Positions 50,975 through 63,006 of a DNA stretch of 64,000 nucleotides are shown piece after piece; position 1 is the first letter of the stretch; every line of letters starts with the position of its first letter. The notes under the pieces are model-generated. The model ran no database searches, was not told where the DNA came from, and was given only the letters and a program-made list of their open reading frames with translations. The stretch lies in assembly GCA_943788445.1 (NCBI GenBank), contig CALSQH010000005.1:3263-67262 (forward strand), written 5' to 3'. A program made the position numbers and the translations under genes. The DNA comes from an uncultured Pseudomonadales bacterium. GTDB lineage: Bacteria; Pseudomonadota; Gammaproteobacteria; Pseudomonadales; Porticoccaceae.

Positions 50975-51619
50975 TTACGCAGTATTAGCTTTAGGCCCTG
51001 AGTGAAAGCGAAACTCGGTATCGGGTTGTTCCACCAATTCGCGCTCGCGCTGTGCTATTTCTGCAATACGCCCGTCAATGCATGTATCCCCCGCTGCTGT
51101 CTTCGCCAAGCGTAAATAATCTTGGTAATGACGAGCCTCGGATTTTAATAGGGAGCGATAGAATTCCTCTAGTTCAGAGTCCAGGTGCGGGGCTAGTTTG
51201 GCAAACCGCTCGCAGGAACGCGCTTCTATAAAGGCGCCAATAATAAGCACATCTACCAATTTATGCGGCTCTTTATTGCGTACCATATCTCTTAGACCTG
51301 CCGCATAACGGGAAGCGGAAATATGTTCGTAAGCAATATTGCGGCGTTTCATAAGAGCAATAACCTGCTCGAAATGGCGCATCTCTTCGCGCGCCAATCG
51401 CGACATTTTATTGAGTAGTTCGAAGTTATCGGTGTAGCGATTGATTAAACTTAATGCCGTACTGGCCGCCTTTTTTTCACAGTTGGCGTGATCAATCAGC
51501 ATTATTTTTTGATTTTTGAGGGCATTTTCAACCCATAGGTCCGGTGTGGAACAGGGTAAAAACGCATTGATCTCATCTAAGGCTGAAATGGTGGAGGCTG
51601 TAGAGGCTGAAACTGTCAT
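50975..51619 (-). CDS. miaE: tRNA-(ms2io6A37) hydroxylase
   Basis: IDHANCEKKAASTA, LAREEMRHF, IEARSCERF, SEARHYQDY di-iron motifs. Confidence 0.95.
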   Translation of the reverse strand: MTVSASTASTISALDEINAFLPCSTPDLWVENALKNQKIMLIDHANCEKKAASTALSLINRYTDNFELLNKMSRLAREEMRHFEQVIALMKRRNIAYEHISASRYAAGLRDMVRNKEPHKLVDVLIIGAFIEARSCERFAKLAPHLDSELEEFYRSLLKSEARHYQDYLRLAKTAAGDTCIDGRIAEIAQRERELVEQPDTEFRFHSGPKANTA

Positions 51620-51701
51620 TTAATACTCTTTTTATTCTGTTTTATTCAATAGATACCCAAGCCTTTCATTCTGGGGCGCCCTTTTGTATCACCCTGCCGG
51701 C

Positions 51702-52352
51702 TTATTCAGCGGCATCCATAAATGCCTTAATCGCGGCATTGCGCTCAATATCAACCTGCTGAATCAAGGGCCGTTTAGACATTAGTTGCAGCCAATCGCC
51801 CAGACCATCGACCTCATCGACAATATTCCAGCCCCAGACTTTATTCGCAACAGGCACAGCACTCTTAAAGACATAGTAGGCAAAAAAGTCTGCCATAGTA
51901 ATCTCGTCGCCCATCAAATAGGGGGAAAACCTGGCTAATCTCTGCAACGCTGCCAAACCTTTACCCATTGTCGGCTTAACCTCATCGGCTAGCGTCTGGT
52001 TAAGCGCTCGGCCAAAAAACACATATCCCATCAAGCGTGCAGATTCAATCGCAATATACAGTTCAACAACCTTGATTAGCTGCGCCATCTGCGCGCATCG
52101 AAAACTATCCCTATCAGTCATCGGGAGCTCTGGAATACAGCTTTCCAAAAAACCCATGATTGCCGTGGTCTCACTTAAATAGCCTTCATCAACCTCAATA
52201 CAGGGGATTTTACCCATCGGGCTCAATTCCAAAAACGGTTCACTGTAGGTTGGTGCTATATAAACCTCTTCAAAATCAAAGCCCTTTTCTAATAAAAAGA
52301 CCTTAACCATTGCGTAATAATTACTTAAGGGGGCTCCATATAGTTTGATCAT
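51702..52352 (-). CDS. Glutathione S-transferase family protein
   Basis: SPMGKIPC...SETTAI and YLMGDEITMAD. Confidence 0.92.
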   Translation of the reverse strand: MIKLYGAPLSNYYAMVKVFLLEKGFDFEEVYIAPTYSEPFLELSPMGKIPCIEVDEGYLSETTAIMGFLESCIPELPMTDRDSFRCAQMAQLIKVVELYIAIESARLMGYVFFGRALNQTLADEVKPTMGKGLAALQRLARFSPYLMGDEITMADFFAYYVFKSAVPVANKVWGWNIVDEVDGLGDWLQLMSKRPLIQQVDIERNAAIKAFMDAAE

Positions 52353-52811
52353 AATTTGGCTTTCAACTCCATGTGAGGGATTATAAACATTGTAAGGACA
52401 ATTATAGCGCTTGCTTTTGAAGCGGACAGGATAAGTCTTATAAAAATATTTTGTTTGGAAAAGTCTTGTAAGAAAGCGCCTTGTAAAAAAACTATTTAAA
52501 TCAGACTAATTCATTCAAAGATAGTCTTAGTTTGTAGCAAAGATTAAATCACCCGCCAGTAATAACGGCTATAAGCTATTGCTATATTGACAAGCCTGCT
52601 CCAATTTTCTCTCGAATAAAAAATTTAAGCCTATATCACAAGGGTTTAAGGCCAGCCGACGGAGAATGTCCGCGTAAAACTTAGACAGAGTCACAATAGA
52701 CAACAGCCTGTAAATAAACTACAAATTCACATATAATAGCGCTCCGTTTTCAAGGCCGATTCTCGGATTTGAAGCAAACAATTACTATTTAAACCACAGG
52801 AGAAACCAGCT

Positions 52812-55424
52812 GTGCTAGAAGCCTATCGTGCTCACGTCGCTGAACGTCAATTACAAAATATTCCACCAAAACCTTTGGATCCAGAGTGGACCGCAGGTCT
52901 GGTTGAGCTATTAAAGAACCCTCCTGCTGGCGAAGAAGAATTTCTGCTCGACTTAATTGCCAACCGCATACCCCCAGGTGTAGATGAAGCAGCCTATGTT
53001 AAGGCGGGCTTTTTAAGTGCGCTTGTTAATGGTGACGCGTCTTCTCCACTGATTGATCGCAGCGCCGCAGTTACTCTGCTCGGCAATATGCACGGCGGCT
53101 ACAACGTTGCCACACTCGTCAGCCTGCTGGATGATGCAGAGCTTGCCGGCCAAGCGGCTGAAGAATTAAAAAGCACATTGTTAGTATTTGACGCATTCCA
53201 TGACGTTGCAGAAAAAGCTGACGCAGGTAATGCCAATGCTAAAGCGGTCATGCAGTCTTGGGCTGATGCCGAATGGTTTACCAACAACGATGCCGTGCCA
53301 CAGAGCATCAAAGTAGCCGTGTTTAAAGCCACCGGCGAAATCAACACCGATGACCTGTCTCCGGCACAGGATGCTTGGTCGCGTCCCGATATTCCACTTC
53401 ATGCCCGCGCTATGTTTAAAATGACCCGCGATGGTATGCACCCGGAAGAGCACGGCGTAACCGGCCCAATGACTCAAATCGACGAGCTAAAAGCCCGCGG
53501 TCTGCCGGTTGCCTTTATTGGTGATGTGGTCGGTACAGGTTCATCGCGCAAGTCGGCGACAAACTCAGTGCTGTGGTTCTTCGGTGAAGATATGCCCGGC
53601 GTACCCAACAAGCGCTCTGGTGGCATCTGCTTCGGCAGCAAAGTTGCCCCGATCTTTTTCAACACTATGGAAGATGCTGGCGCTCTGGTCTTTGAAGCCC
53701 CGGTCGACAATATTAACAATGGCGACGTGATCACCATATTCCCTTACGAGGGCAAGATTCTTAACGAAGCTGGCGACGTAGTGTCCGAATTCGAACACAA
53801 ATCAGAAGTGATTCTCGATGAAGTACAGGCCGATGGCCGTATCAACCTAATTATTGGCCGCGGCCTAACCCAGCGTGCTCGCGAGCACATGGGTCTGGCG
53901 CCTTCAGAAGTCTTCCGTCACCCAACAGTGCCAGTAGAATCTGACGCCGGTTACACCTTGGCTCAGAAAATGGTCGGTAAAGCCTGTGGCGTTGAAGGAA
54001 TTCGCCCTGGAACTTACTGTGAACCTAAGATGACCACTGTCGGCTCTCAGGACACCACCGGCCCTATGACCAGAGATGAACTGAAAGATCTGGCTTGTCT
54101 AGGTTTCTCAACCGACCTGGTGATGCAGTCTTTCTGTCACACAGCTGCCTACCCGAAGCCGGTTGATATCTCCACCCAGCACAGTCTGCCTGATTTTATT
54201 ATGAACCGCGGTGGCGTTTCTCTTCGCCCTGGCGATGGCATTATTCACAGCTGGCTCAACCGCATGCTACTTCCGGATACCGTGGGTACCGGCGGCGACT
54301 CACATACTAGATTCCCCATGGGCATTTCATTCCCTGGCGGTTCTGGTCTAGTCGCATTCGCAGCAGCCACAGGCGTTATGCCATTGGATATGCCCGAGTC
54401 AGTGCTAGTCCGCTTTAAAGGCAAAATGCAGCCCGGCATTACCTTACGAGATCTAGTACATGCGATCCCTTATTACGGCATTAAAGAAGGTTTGCTAACC
54501 GTTGAGAAGAAAGGCAAAAAGAATTTCTTCTCTGGTCGCATTCTGGAAATTGAAGGTATTGATGAGCTGACCGTAGAGCAGGCCTTTGAATTATCAGATG
54601 CCTCAGCCGAGCGTTCAGCAGCTGGCTGTACCATTAAGTTGAGTGAAGATTCAGTTGGCGAATACCTGCGCTCAAACGTCACCCTACTGCGCTGGATGAT
54701 TGCCGAAGGCTATGGCGATGTGCGCACCTTAGAGCGTCGTGTTCGCAAGATGGAAGAGTGGTTAGCCAAGCCATCATTGATGGCCGCGGACGCTGATGCA
54801 GAATACGCCGCCGTGATTGAAATTGATCTGGCGGATATTAAAGAGCCTATCGTCTGTTGTCCGAATGACCCAGATGACGCCAAGCTCTTATCTGACGTCG
54901 CCGGCGACAAAGTCGACGAGATCTTTATCGGTTCATGCATGACCAACATTGGTCACTTCCGCGCCGCAGGCAAGCTACTCGACGAAGCAGGCTCAGTGGA
55001 TGCAAGATTCTGGATCTGCCCTCCAACGCGTATGGATGCCCACACGCTGATGGAGGAAGGCTATTATAATATCTACGGTAAAGTTGGCGCTCGTACAGAG
55101 ATGCCTGGCTGTTCACTGTGCATGGGTAACCAGGCGCGTGTGCTGGCCGGCGCTACTGTAATATCAACCTCAACGCGCAATTTCCCCAACCGTTTAGGTG
55201 ATGGCGCGAATGTTTATCTGGCCAGTGCTGAGCTTGCATCGGTGGGTGGTATTCTGGGTCGACTGCCAACACCGGCTGAGTATATGGAATACGCGAGTAA
55301 GATTGATTCCATGTCTGATGAGATCTATCGCTATATGAACTTTGATCAGATCGAATCATTCCAGAAGTCAGCAGAAGAAGGTAAGTTGATTGCGGCGGAG
55401 CAGATTGTTGAGGTGACGGTTTAA
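52812..55424 (+). CDS. acnB: Aconitate hydratase B
   Basis: MLEAYRAHVAER, SQDTTGPMTRDE, GGDSHTRF, FIGSCMTNIG, GCSLCMGNQAR. Confidence 0.98.
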   Translation: MLEAYRAHVAERQLQNIPPKPLDPEWTAGLVELLKNPPAGEEEFLLDLIANRIPPGVDEAAYVKAGFLSALVNGDASSPLIDRSAAVTLLGNMHGGYNVATLVSLLDDAELAGQAAEELKSTLLVFDAFHDVAEKADAGNANAKAVMQSWADAEWFTNNDAVPQSIKVAVFKATGEINTDDLSPAQDAWSRPDIPLHARAMFKMTRDGMHPEEHGVTGPMTQIDELKARGLPVAFIGDVVGTGSSRKSATNSVLWFFGEDMPGVPNKRSGGICFGSKVAPIFFNTMEDAGALVFEAPVDNINNGDVITIFPYEGKILNEAGDVVSEFEHKSEVILDEVQADGRINLIIGRGLTQRAREHMGLAPSEVFRHPTVPVESDAGYTLAQKMVGKACGVEGIRPGTYCEPKMTTVGSQDTTGPMTRDELKDLACLGFSTDLVMQSFCHTAAYPKPVDISTQHSLPDFIMNRGGVSLRPGDGIIHSWLNRMLLPDTVGTGGDSHTRFPMGISFPGGSGLVAFAAATGVMPLDMPESVLVRFKGKMQPGITLRDLVHAIPYYGIKEGLLTVEKKGKKNFFSGRILEIEGIDELTVEQAFELSDASAERSAAGCTIKLSEDSVGEYLRSNVTLLRWMIAEGYGDVRTLERRVRKMEEWLAKPSLMAADADAEYAAVIEIDLADIKEPIVCCPNDPDDAKLLSDVAGDKVDEIFIGSCMTNIGHFRAAGKLLDEAGSVDARFWICPPTRMDAHTLMEEGYYNIYGKVGARTEMPGCSLCMGNQARVLAGATVISTSTRNFPNRLGDGANVYLASAELASVGGILGRLPTPAEYMEYASKIDSMSDEIYRYMNFDQIESFQKSAEEGKLIAAEQIVEVTV

Positions 55425-55429
55425 AAAAC

Positions 55430-55494
55430 CGTCATCCTTCGCCACGACGTGGCGAAGGATCTCAAGAAGATTTCTCCCTTTGGTCGAAATGACG
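55430..55494. repeat. Inverted pair of CGTC-type REP palindromes
   Basis: cgtcat-ccttcgccac-gac-gtggcgaagg-atct followed by agatttctccctttggtcgaaatgacg. Confidence 0.85.
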
Positions 55495-55501
55495 ATACAA
55501 T

Positions 55502-55554
55502 AAAAAACCCGCTATACAGGATGCGTTTTACACAGCGTCTTTAGCGGGTTTTTT
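55502..55554. terminator. Bidirectional terminator-like hairpin between acnB and nfuA
   Basis: aaaaaacccgcta ... tagcgggtttttt. Confidence 0.7.
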
Positions 55555-55621
55555 ATTGGTATTCTAATGTAGCTTGAAGGAGATCCTTAGGCTGCACTGA
55601 GGATGACCGGCCTACGGCCTG

Positions 55622-56203
55622 TTACATATATGCGTTACTGGTATCCGTATGGTCCGTCACATCACGCACACCCTTCAACTCGGGAATCTTTTCCATCAGG
55701 GTTTTCTCTACGCCCTCTTTCAAGGTTAAATCCACAGCCGAACAACCCTGACAACCACCACCAAACTCTAATACGGCAAAGCCATCAGCCATTTCTGCCA
55801 GTGACACTACACCGCCATGAGAGGCTAGGCCTGGATTAATTTCGTTATACAGCAGGTAGTTAACCCGATCTTCAATTGGGCTATCGTCACTAACATTAGG
55901 AAGTCTTGAGTTCGGTGCACGAATAGTTAACTGGCCGCCAAACTTATCTTCGGCAAAATCGACTTTGGCTTCATCAAGAAAGGGAATGCTGCGTTGTTCG
56001 AAGTAAGCATTGAAGGCGGCGTATTCAACCACGAGGTCTTCTTCGTTATGCTCGCCGGGACGGCTGTAGGCGATACAGGTTTCAGCTTTGGGTGTGCCGG
56101 GATCGGAGACGAACATACGAATGCCTATGCCTTCGCAATTTTGTTTTTCCAATAATCCAGCAAGATATTCCTGGGCTGATTCTGTAATCGTTACGTTGAG
56201 CAT
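55622..56203 (-). CDS. nfuA: Fe-S biogenesis protein NfuA
   Basis: [30 protein letters not shown]. Confidence 0.96.
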   Translation of the reverse strand: MLNVTITESAQEYLAGLLEKQNCEGIGIRMFVSDPGTPKAETCIAYSRPGEHNEEDLVVEYAAFNAYFEQRSIPFLDEAKVDFAEDKFGGQLTIRAPNSRLPNVSDDSPIEDRVNYLLYNEINPGLASHGGVVSLAEMADGFAVLEFGGGCQGCSAVDLTLKEGVEKTLMEKIPELKGVRDVTDHTDTSNAYM

Positions 56204-56409
56204 AGTTGAATCCTAAAAAACTAAATTTCAAAGACGGAATTGAAAAACCAATTCCTGAGTAAAAGACTAAGGTATTTTACGCTATTCTGGTGCCTTGGCA
56301 AAAGCCCCTTTTCACTTTTTAAAGGTCGCTTTTTAGATTTATTTTGGTATGATGCTCATCCATCAAAATATTTTGATACATCAGAAAAACTAGGGTACAG
56401 ACAACCATT

Positions 56410-59400
56410 ATGTCTCAGCAAGATAAAGCTCAAGATCTTAAACAGCGCATATTAGATGCTGCCCAACAGCGAATTCTAATTATAGATGGCGCTATGGGAA
56501 CTATGATTCAGCGCCATACACTTGAGGAAGAGCACTTTCGCGGTGAACGTTTTGCTGACTGGCACACCGACCTTAAGGGCAATAATGATCTTCTGAGCCT
56601 GACTCAGCCTGATATTATCTGTGATATCCACCGCGCCTATCTCGACGCGGGTGCCGACATTATTGAGACCAATACGTTTAACTCCACGACTATCTCGCAA
56701 GCTGATTATGAGATGCAGGCTATTTCGCGGGAGATCAATGTTGTCTCTGCACAGCTCGCGCGAAAAGCCGCCGATGAGTTTTCTACCCCTGAACGACCAC
56801 GCTTTGTTGCCGGTATTCTTGGGCCGACGAGTAGAACAGCGTCCCTATCACCGGATGTTAACGACCCCGGTGCGCGCAATGTCAGCTTTGATGAGTTGGT
56901 CGAGGCCTATGTGGAATCCACCGAAGCACTTATTGAAGGTGGTTCAGATGTGATTATGATCGAGACTATTTTCGATACCCTCAATGCTAAGGCTGCATTA
57001 TTTGCTGTCCAGCTGGTATTTGAAAAACAGGGCTATGAGCTACCGATTATGATCAGCGGCACCATCACTGATGCCAGCGGCAGAACTCTGTCAGGTCAAA
57101 CCCCTGAAGCATTCTGGAACTCTGTGCGACATAGCAAGCCGATTAGTGTTGGTCTTAACTGTGCGCTTGGACCCAAGGAGCTGCGCCCTCACCTGCTGGA
57201 AATCTCGTCCGTTTCCGATACTCTGGTCAGCTCGCACCCAAATGCCGGTCTGCCGAATGAATTCGGCGGCTATGATCTGGATGCCGATGCCATGGCCGAA
57301 ACTGTGGCGGAATTTGCCCGTTCTGGCCTGCTGAATATTGTCGGTGGCTGCTGTGGCACGACCCCGGAGCATATTCGCGTAATTGCCGATGCGGTGGCTG
57401 ATATAGCTCCGCGCAAAGTGCCTGAAATTGCACCTGCCTGTCGTCTGTCTGGTCTTGAGCCCTTCACCATCACTGCGGAATCACTGTTTGTGAATGTCGG
57501 TGAGCGCTGCAATGTTACGGGTTCTGCAGTGTTTAAGCGATTAATTCTGGAAGAGAACTACGACGCTGCATTGGAAGTTGCCCGCCAGCAGGTGATTAAT
57601 GGCGCGCAGATTATCGATGTAAACATGGACGAAGGCATGCTTGAGTCATTGCCTGCCATGGTCAAATTTTTAAACCTGATTGCCAGCGAGCCGGATATTT
57701 CTCGCGTGCCGATTATGGTCGATTCTTCAAAGTGGGATGTGATCGAGGCGGGTCTGAAATGTATTCAGGGTAAGTCTGTGGTCAACTCTATCAGCCTTAA
57801 AGAAGGTGAAGCGGAGTTTATCGAACGCGCCAAGCTGTGTAAAAAGCACGGTGCTGCGATTGTGGTTATGGCTTTTGATGAAAACGGTCAGGCGGATAAT
57901 TTAGAGCGTCGCAAACAGATCTGTCAGCGCAGCTACGATATGTTGGTCAACGAGATCGGTTTTCCTGCGGAAGATATTATTTTCGATCCCAATGTGTTCG
58001 CCGTAGCCACGGGTATTGAAGAGCACAATCGCTACGGTCTCGACTTTATTGAAGCCTGCCACTGGATTAAACAAAACCTACCCTATGCGCTTATTAGTGG
58101 CGGCATCTCCAATGTGTCATTCTCGTTCCGGGGCAATAACCCGGTGCGCGAAGCAATCCACTCGGTATTTCTCTTCCATGCGATCCGCGAGGGTTTGAGC
58201 ATGGGCATCGTCAATGCCGGTCAGTTGGCGGTCTATGACGACCTTCCCGAAGAGTTACGCAATATTGTTGAAGACGTGGTGCTGTTCCGCACCTCAGCAG
58301 GCACAGACAATCTGCTGGCGATTGCCGATAAATATCGCGGTGATGGTTCAACTCAAGCATCGGTTGAAGACTTGAGCTGGCGCGATGCCAATGTTAATCG
58401 TCGCCTTGAGCACAGTCTGGTAAAAGGCATTACCGCCTATATCGAGGAAGATACTGAAGAAGCCCGACAACAGGCTGATCGCCCGCTACATGTGATTGAA
58501 GGCGCGCTGATGGACGGTATGAATATTGTTGGCGACCTGTTTGGTTCCGGCAAGATGTTTTTGCCTCAGGTGGTTAAATCTGCCCGCGTAATGAAACAGG
58601 CCGTTGCCTATCTACAGCCCTATATTGAAGATGAAAAAGATCAAGCTGCCAGCACCAACGGCAAGATTCTGATGGCTACGGTTAAGGGCGATGTACACGA
58701 TATTGGCAAAAATATTGTTGGCGTGGTATTGCAGTGCAATAACTATGAGGTGATTGACCTCGGCGTGATGGTGTCGGCAGAAAAGATTCTGACCACGGCT
58801 CGCGAACAGAATGTCGATATTATTGGTCTCTCTGGCCTGATTACCCCATCGCTTGATGAGATGGTGACCTTGGGTAAAGAGATGCAGCGTCAGGGCTTTG
58901 ATGTGCCTCTATTGATTGGTGGCGCTACTACCTCGAAAGCACATACGGCGGTCAAGATTGCCCCAACCTATCAGCGTAACCAGACCATTTATGTGTCGGA
59001 TGCCTCCCGCGCTGTGGGTGTGGCCAGTAAGTTGATCAGCAAAGAGAAACGCGATGCCTTTATCGCCGAAATACAGCTGGATTACGATGCTGTAAGACTG
59101 CGTACGGCCAACAGAACCCCAAGGGGAACTCTGTACACCTACCCGGATGCGATCAAACAGAAGCCACAGATTAACTGGCGTGATTACCAGCCAACCCTGC
59201 CGGCAACATTGGGCGTGACAGTGCTTGATGATTACCCGCTGGAAGCATTGGTGCCCTATATTGATTGGACGCCATTCTTTATTACTTGGGATCTAGTGGG
59301 CAAGTACCCGAAGATATTCAATGATGAGGTTGTCGGTGAAGCAGCAACGACCCTTTTCGCCGATGCTCAGGCACTGCTCAAAGATATTATCGACAACAAG

Positions 59401-60105
59401 CGCCTTACTGCCCGTGCGGTTTTTGGGTTATGGCAAGCCAATACGGTTAACCACGACGATATCGAAGTCTACGCAGAGAGCGGCGAAACCCTTGCCACCC
59501 TGCACCATATTCGTCAGCAGATCCAAAAGCCTGGCGCCAGTGAGGAACTCACCTCTCTAGCCGATTTTGTCGCCCCAAAAGAATCAGATATCACTGACCA
59601 TATTGGCGCTTTTGCCGTATCAACAGGCATAGGGGCTGATGAACTAGCCGCCGAATATGAAGCTGTGCATGATGATTACAATGCGATTATGGTAAAGGCG
59701 CTGGCTGACCGTTTAGCAGAAGCCTTTACTGAGCACTTGCACGAACGTGTTCGCCGCGAGCACTGGGGTTATGCCGCTGATGAAGAACTCGACAATGAAG
59801 CTCTAATTAAAGAGAAATATCGTGGTATTCGGCCTGCACCGGGCTACCCGGCCTGCCCAGATCACACCGAGAAAGGCACCTTGTTTGAGCTGTTGAATGT
59901 CACGGAGAACATTGGTCTAGAGTTAACCGATAGCTTTGCGATGTCACCTGCTGCGGCAGTGAGCGGCTGGTACTTTGGCCACCCAGATGCCAAGTATATC
60001 AATACCGGAAAAATTGATGGCGATCAGGTGGAGTCACTGGCTCAACGTAAAGGCATGTCAGTGCCAGAACTTGAGCGTTGGTTGACGCCTATTCTGAATG
60101 ATTAA
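56410..60105 (+). CDS. metH: Cobalamin-dependent methionine synthase
   Basis: [37 protein letters not shown] (B12-binding), [10 protein letters not shown]. Confidence 0.98.
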   Translation: MSQQDKAQDLKQRILDAAQQRILIIDGAMGTMIQRHTLEEEHFRGERFADWHTDLKGNNDLLSLTQPDIICDIHRAYLDAGADIIETNTFNSTTISQADYEMQAISREINVVSAQLARKAADEFSTPERPRFVAGILGPTSRTASLSPDVNDPGARNVSFDELVEAYVESTEALIEGGSDVIMIETIFDTLNAKAALFAVQLVFEKQGYELPIMISGTITDASGRTLSGQTPEAFWNSVRHSKPISVGLNCALGPKELRPHLLEISSVSDTLVSSHPNAGLPNEFGGYDLDADAMAETVAEFARSGLLNIVGGCCGTTPEHIRVIADAVADIAPRKVPEIAPACRLSGLEPFTITAESLFVNVGERCNVTGSAVFKRLILEENYDAALEVARQQVINGAQIIDVNMDEGMLESLPAMVKFLNLIASEPDISRVPIMVDSSKWDVIEAGLKCIQGKSVVNSISLKEGEAEFIERAKLCKKHGAAIVVMAFDENGQADNLERRKQICQRSYDMLVNEIGFPAEDIIFDPNVFAVATGIEEHNRYGLDFIEACHWIKQNLPYALISGGISNVSFSFRGNNPVREAIHSVFLFHAIREGLSMGIVNAGQLAVYDDLPEELRNIVEDVVLFRTSAGTDNLLAIADKYRGDGSTQASVEDLSWRDANVNRRLEHSLVKGITAYIEEDTEEARQQADRPLHVIEGALMDGMNIVGDLFGSGKMFLPQVVKSARVMKQAVAYLQPYIEDEKDQAASTNGKILMATVKGDVHDIGKNIVGVVLQCNNYEVIDLGVMVSAEKILTTAREQNVDIIGLSGLITPSLDEMVTLGKEMQRQGFDVPLLIGGATTSKAHTAVKIAPTYQRNQTIYVSDASRAVGVASKLISKEKRDAFIAEIQLDYDAVRLRTANRTPRGTLYTYPDAIKQKPQINWRDYQPTLPATLGVTVLDDYPLEALVPYIDWTPFFITWDLVGKYPKIFNDEVVGEAATTLFADAQALLKDIIDNKRLTARAVFGLWQANTVNHDDIEVYAESGETLATLHHIRQQIQKPGASEELTSLADFVAPKESDITDHIGAFAVSTGIGADELAAEYEAVHDDYNAIMVKALADRLAEAFTEHLHERVRREHWGYAADEELDNEALIKEKYRGIRPAPGYPACPDHTEKGTLFELLNVTENIGLELTDSFAMSPAAAVSGWYFGHPDAKYINTGKIDGDQVESLAQRKGMSVPELERWLTPILND

Positions 60106-60330
60106 TTGGGGCTAATTGTGATTGAAGAAAATAAATCCAAAAAACCCGGTTTAGGCTCGCTGATCAAAAGTATTTTGGCGGCGGCAATTGGCGTGCAGAG
60201 TAATAAAAATCGCGAGAGGGATTTTGAACATGGAAGTCCTCTGGCCTTTATTGTCGGCGGTTTTGTTTTTACTCTGCTGTTTATCGCGACCATTGCTACG
60301 GTTGTTGGAATTGTATTAAGTAATAACTGA
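60106..60330 (+). CDS. DUF2970-like small membrane protein
   Basis: SILAAAIGVQSNKNRERDFEHG. Confidence 0.85.
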   Translation: MGLIVIEENKSKKPGLGSLIKSILAAAIGVQSNKNRERDFEHGSPLAFIVGGFVFTLLFIATIATVVGIVLSNN

Positions 60331-60407
60331 CCGAGAAGCGGTCATCCTTAAAGAGCGACGCGAAGCATCTTTTTTAGATATCTCAGCTCACTCTACCACC
60401 TAAAATA

Positions 60408-60438
60408 AAAAAGAGGCTGCAGTTACGCAGCCCCTTTT
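60408..60438. terminator. Bidirectional terminator-like hairpin
   Basis: aaaagaggctgc-agttac-gcagcccctttt between converging genes. Confidence 0.6.
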
Positions 60439-60464
60439 AAACGTCCTAACCAAACAACTTCACC

Positions 60465-62834
60465 CTAAAACATATACCTAGCTTGCAGCGCAACATTCCT
60501 CGGACGATTAACAAACGCGTAATAGGAATTGCCCGCACCACCAGTCAATGTTCCGCCCAGCGGCGTATTACCACCAAAGTTAATCACTGTCTCATCGGTG
60601 AGGTTACGACCGATCAGTGCAAACTCCCAATCACCTTCGGCATTGGATAGGGCAACACGGGCATTAACCAAGGTGTAGGCTTCCTGTTCGGTGCGCGGAT
60701 CAAGGTTGGGGCTATAGATGTAATCACCCATATAATTCAAATCGATAGAAGCATCGAGAACCAGATTATCTGCAACAGTATCTGACCAAGCAGCGCCTAT
60801 ATTAGCTTGAAACTCAGGGGTGTACTCCTTGCGTTCACCGGCCACATCGCAGAGCCCGGGGAAGTCGGGTGCGTTTGGCACCTGACCAAAGTAACATTGA
60901 GAGTTGGGGAACTTGTCGTATTTAAAGTCCAGATAGGCTGCAGAACCCGTTAGCGTCAACTGATCAGTTGCCGCCCAACGGCCATCAACTTCAAAGCCCT
61001 GCACTGTTGCCTCTCCGGCGTTGGTTACGTTAAAGCCAAGAGTTCCATCAAACTGAGAGACTTGTAGATCGGTGTACTCAGTCATATAAAAAGCCATACT
61101 GAGTTCAGCCGCGCCATCCGCCAAGCTCATTTTAGACCCTAACTCAATACTGCTTGCCTCTTCGCGATCAAATTCCCAGCTACCGGTGATTGACGCACCA
61201 TTCAAGGGGTTTACAGCATTGACGACAGTTGCATCTGGATGACCATTTGAACGGGCATCAAAACCACCTGATTTATTACCCTTAGTCCAGGTCGCATAGG
61301 CCATGGCATCTTCACTGACATCCCATTCGAGAGTCACTACGGGTGTGAACGAGTCATCATCGATCTTTCCAGTGATTTTCTCGTAGGGCTCAATAGCAAA
61401 TATGCCATACAAAAGATTGTATGGATCAGTGGCTATTCCTGTGGGTAATGTTGCTCCCATAAAGGGTGATCCAACACTGGAGACATGCTGCTGAAGGCGA
61501 TCTGCATCTTTGTTTTCTTGGCTGTAACGACCACCGAAGGTTAGGCGCATATCATCGGCAATAGACCAGGTTGCCTGCGCAAATAGCGACCAGATATCAC
61601 CGTCTTGATTAAATTCACGATTGGTCGAAGAACCCGCTGCCAGAGGAGCCAGAGCACCTGCACCTGCACCAACCAAAGCTGCTGTGATCACTGTTGGGTC
61701 AGGCAGTATTATCTTATCGCTATACTCAAGCTCTGTTGACTGGAAAAAGATCCCCGCTATGTAGTCAACATCACCGCCAATATCTGAGGTTATGCGGAAT
61801 TCCTGACTGAACTGGCTGTATTCTTCTTCGCCAGTGGTGTCAAAAACAGCTGCCCCAGTAAAGTCGCAGTCACAGTTTTCCTGAAACTCATAATCAACAT
61901 AACCCGTGGTCGAGGTCAGAGTAAAACCCTCTAGGTCCCAACTGACACCCAGCGTTGTATTGTTGACTTCGTTGTTACTGTAATGACCATTGTTGTCGCC
62001 AATATAATTGAGCTCCGCATCGACTTGAAAGGCTTGAAGAGCATTCAACACGGTTATATGGTCTGGCGTACCAATACTGTTGTAGACCTCCAGGTTTCTG
62101 CCGACAACATCAAAGGTGGAGCGCGAAACTTTGAGATCAGCGGTCACATCGGCATTGATATCCCAGCGCAGCGACGCGCGGATAACATCTTCCGACTCCT
62201 GCTGCTCATCCTGACCGTTTACAGCATTCTTAACATAGCCATCCATATCACGAGTTAGCACTGCAAGCCGACCGCTTAGGTTGTCAGTTAGTGGCCCCGA
62301 TAGTACCAAGCGCAGGTCTTCTTCACCGTGATCAGGCTCGTACAGGGCGGTAATCGACCCCTCAAATTCATCCGTCGGTTTGGCAGTGATCTGGCTAACC
62401 GCACCGGCAATACTGTTTTTACCAAACAGAATACTCTGGGTGCCTCGCAATACTTCTACGCGCGCCATATCCATCATCGGAACGCGAGCCAGCTGACCTC
62501 GACCGTAAAATAGACCGTCGTTGTACATACCAACGGACTGCTCAAACCCAGGGTTAATGCCAGAGCTGATACCGCGAATAGTGATGGTGGTGGAAATACC
62601 GGTTTCATTGATTGAAAAGTTAGGTACATATTCAGATAGCCCTTGCAGGTCAACGACGCCTGCATCAGACATTTTCTCTGCGGTTACCGCTGCCACTGAG
62701 ACGGGTACATCCTGAAGTGATTCAGCACGCTGTTGCGCAGTGACAATAACTTCCTCGAGCACGGCGGAGTGGACAACCCCCACCGAGCTGGCAATAACTA
62801 TCGATAAAATTGATCTAGCTAAAAATTTTTTCAT
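60465..62834 (-). CDS. TonB-dependent receptor
   Basis: Signal peptide, EEVIVTAQQRAESLQDVPVSV, EVLRGTQSILFGKN, C-terminal RPRNVALQARYMF. Confidence 0.95.
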   Translation of the reverse strand: MKKFLARSILSIVIASSVGVVHSAVLEEVIVTAQQRAESLQDVPVSVAAVTAEKMSDAGVVDLQGLSEYVPNFSINETGISTTITIRGISSGINPGFEQSVGMYNDGLFYGRGQLARVPMMDMARVEVLRGTQSILFGKNSIAGAVSQITAKPTDEFEGSITALYEPDHGEEDLRLVLSGPLTDNLSGRLAVLTRDMDGYVKNAVNGQDEQQESEDVIRASLRWDINADVTADLKVSRSTFDVVGRNLEVYNSIGTPDHITVLNALQAFQVDAELNYIGDNNGHYSNNEVNNTTLGVSWDLEGFTLTSTTGYVDYEFQENCDCDFTGAAVFDTTGEEEYSQFSQEFRITSDIGGDVDYIAGIFFQSTELEYSDKIILPDPTVITAALVGAGAGALAPLAAGSSTNREFNQDGDIWSLFAQATWSIADDMRLTFGGRYSQENKDADRLQQHVSSVGSPFMGATLPTGIATDPYNLLYGIFAIEPYEKITGKIDDDSFTPVVTLEWDVSEDAMAYATWTKGNKSGGFDARSNGHPDATVVNAVNPLNGASITGSWEFDREEASSIELGSKMSLADGAAELSMAFYMTEYTDLQVSQFDGTLGFNVTNAGEATVQGFEVDGRWAATDQLTLTGSAAYLDFKYDKFPNSQCYFGQVPNAPDFPGLCDVAGERKEYTPEFQANIGAAWSDTVADNLVLDASIDLNYMGDYIYSPNLDPRTEQEAYTLVNARVALSNAEGDWEFALIGRNLTDETVINFGGNTPLGGTLTGGAGNSYYAFVNRPRNVALQARYMF

Positions 62835-63006
62835 TGTTACTTCTCCCCAAGTAATAGTTCACGGTTACCCGCTCTAATTATTAAGACGCACGACAAAAGT
62901 TATTCAGTGGTAATACAAATTAACCCACTACTTAAATATTAGCCGTGTTTTTAGGGGTTTTTATAATTTCTCGCAATTCACCTAGTGATTAACCTCACAA
63001 ATCCCG

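Noticed and set aside
56204-56409. Cobalamin or SAM riboswitch upstream of metH (also checked upstream of metZ and the receptor at 62834)
   Set aside because: The intergenic regions are short or AT-rich and lack recognisable aptamer cores by eye; a covariance-model search would be decisive.
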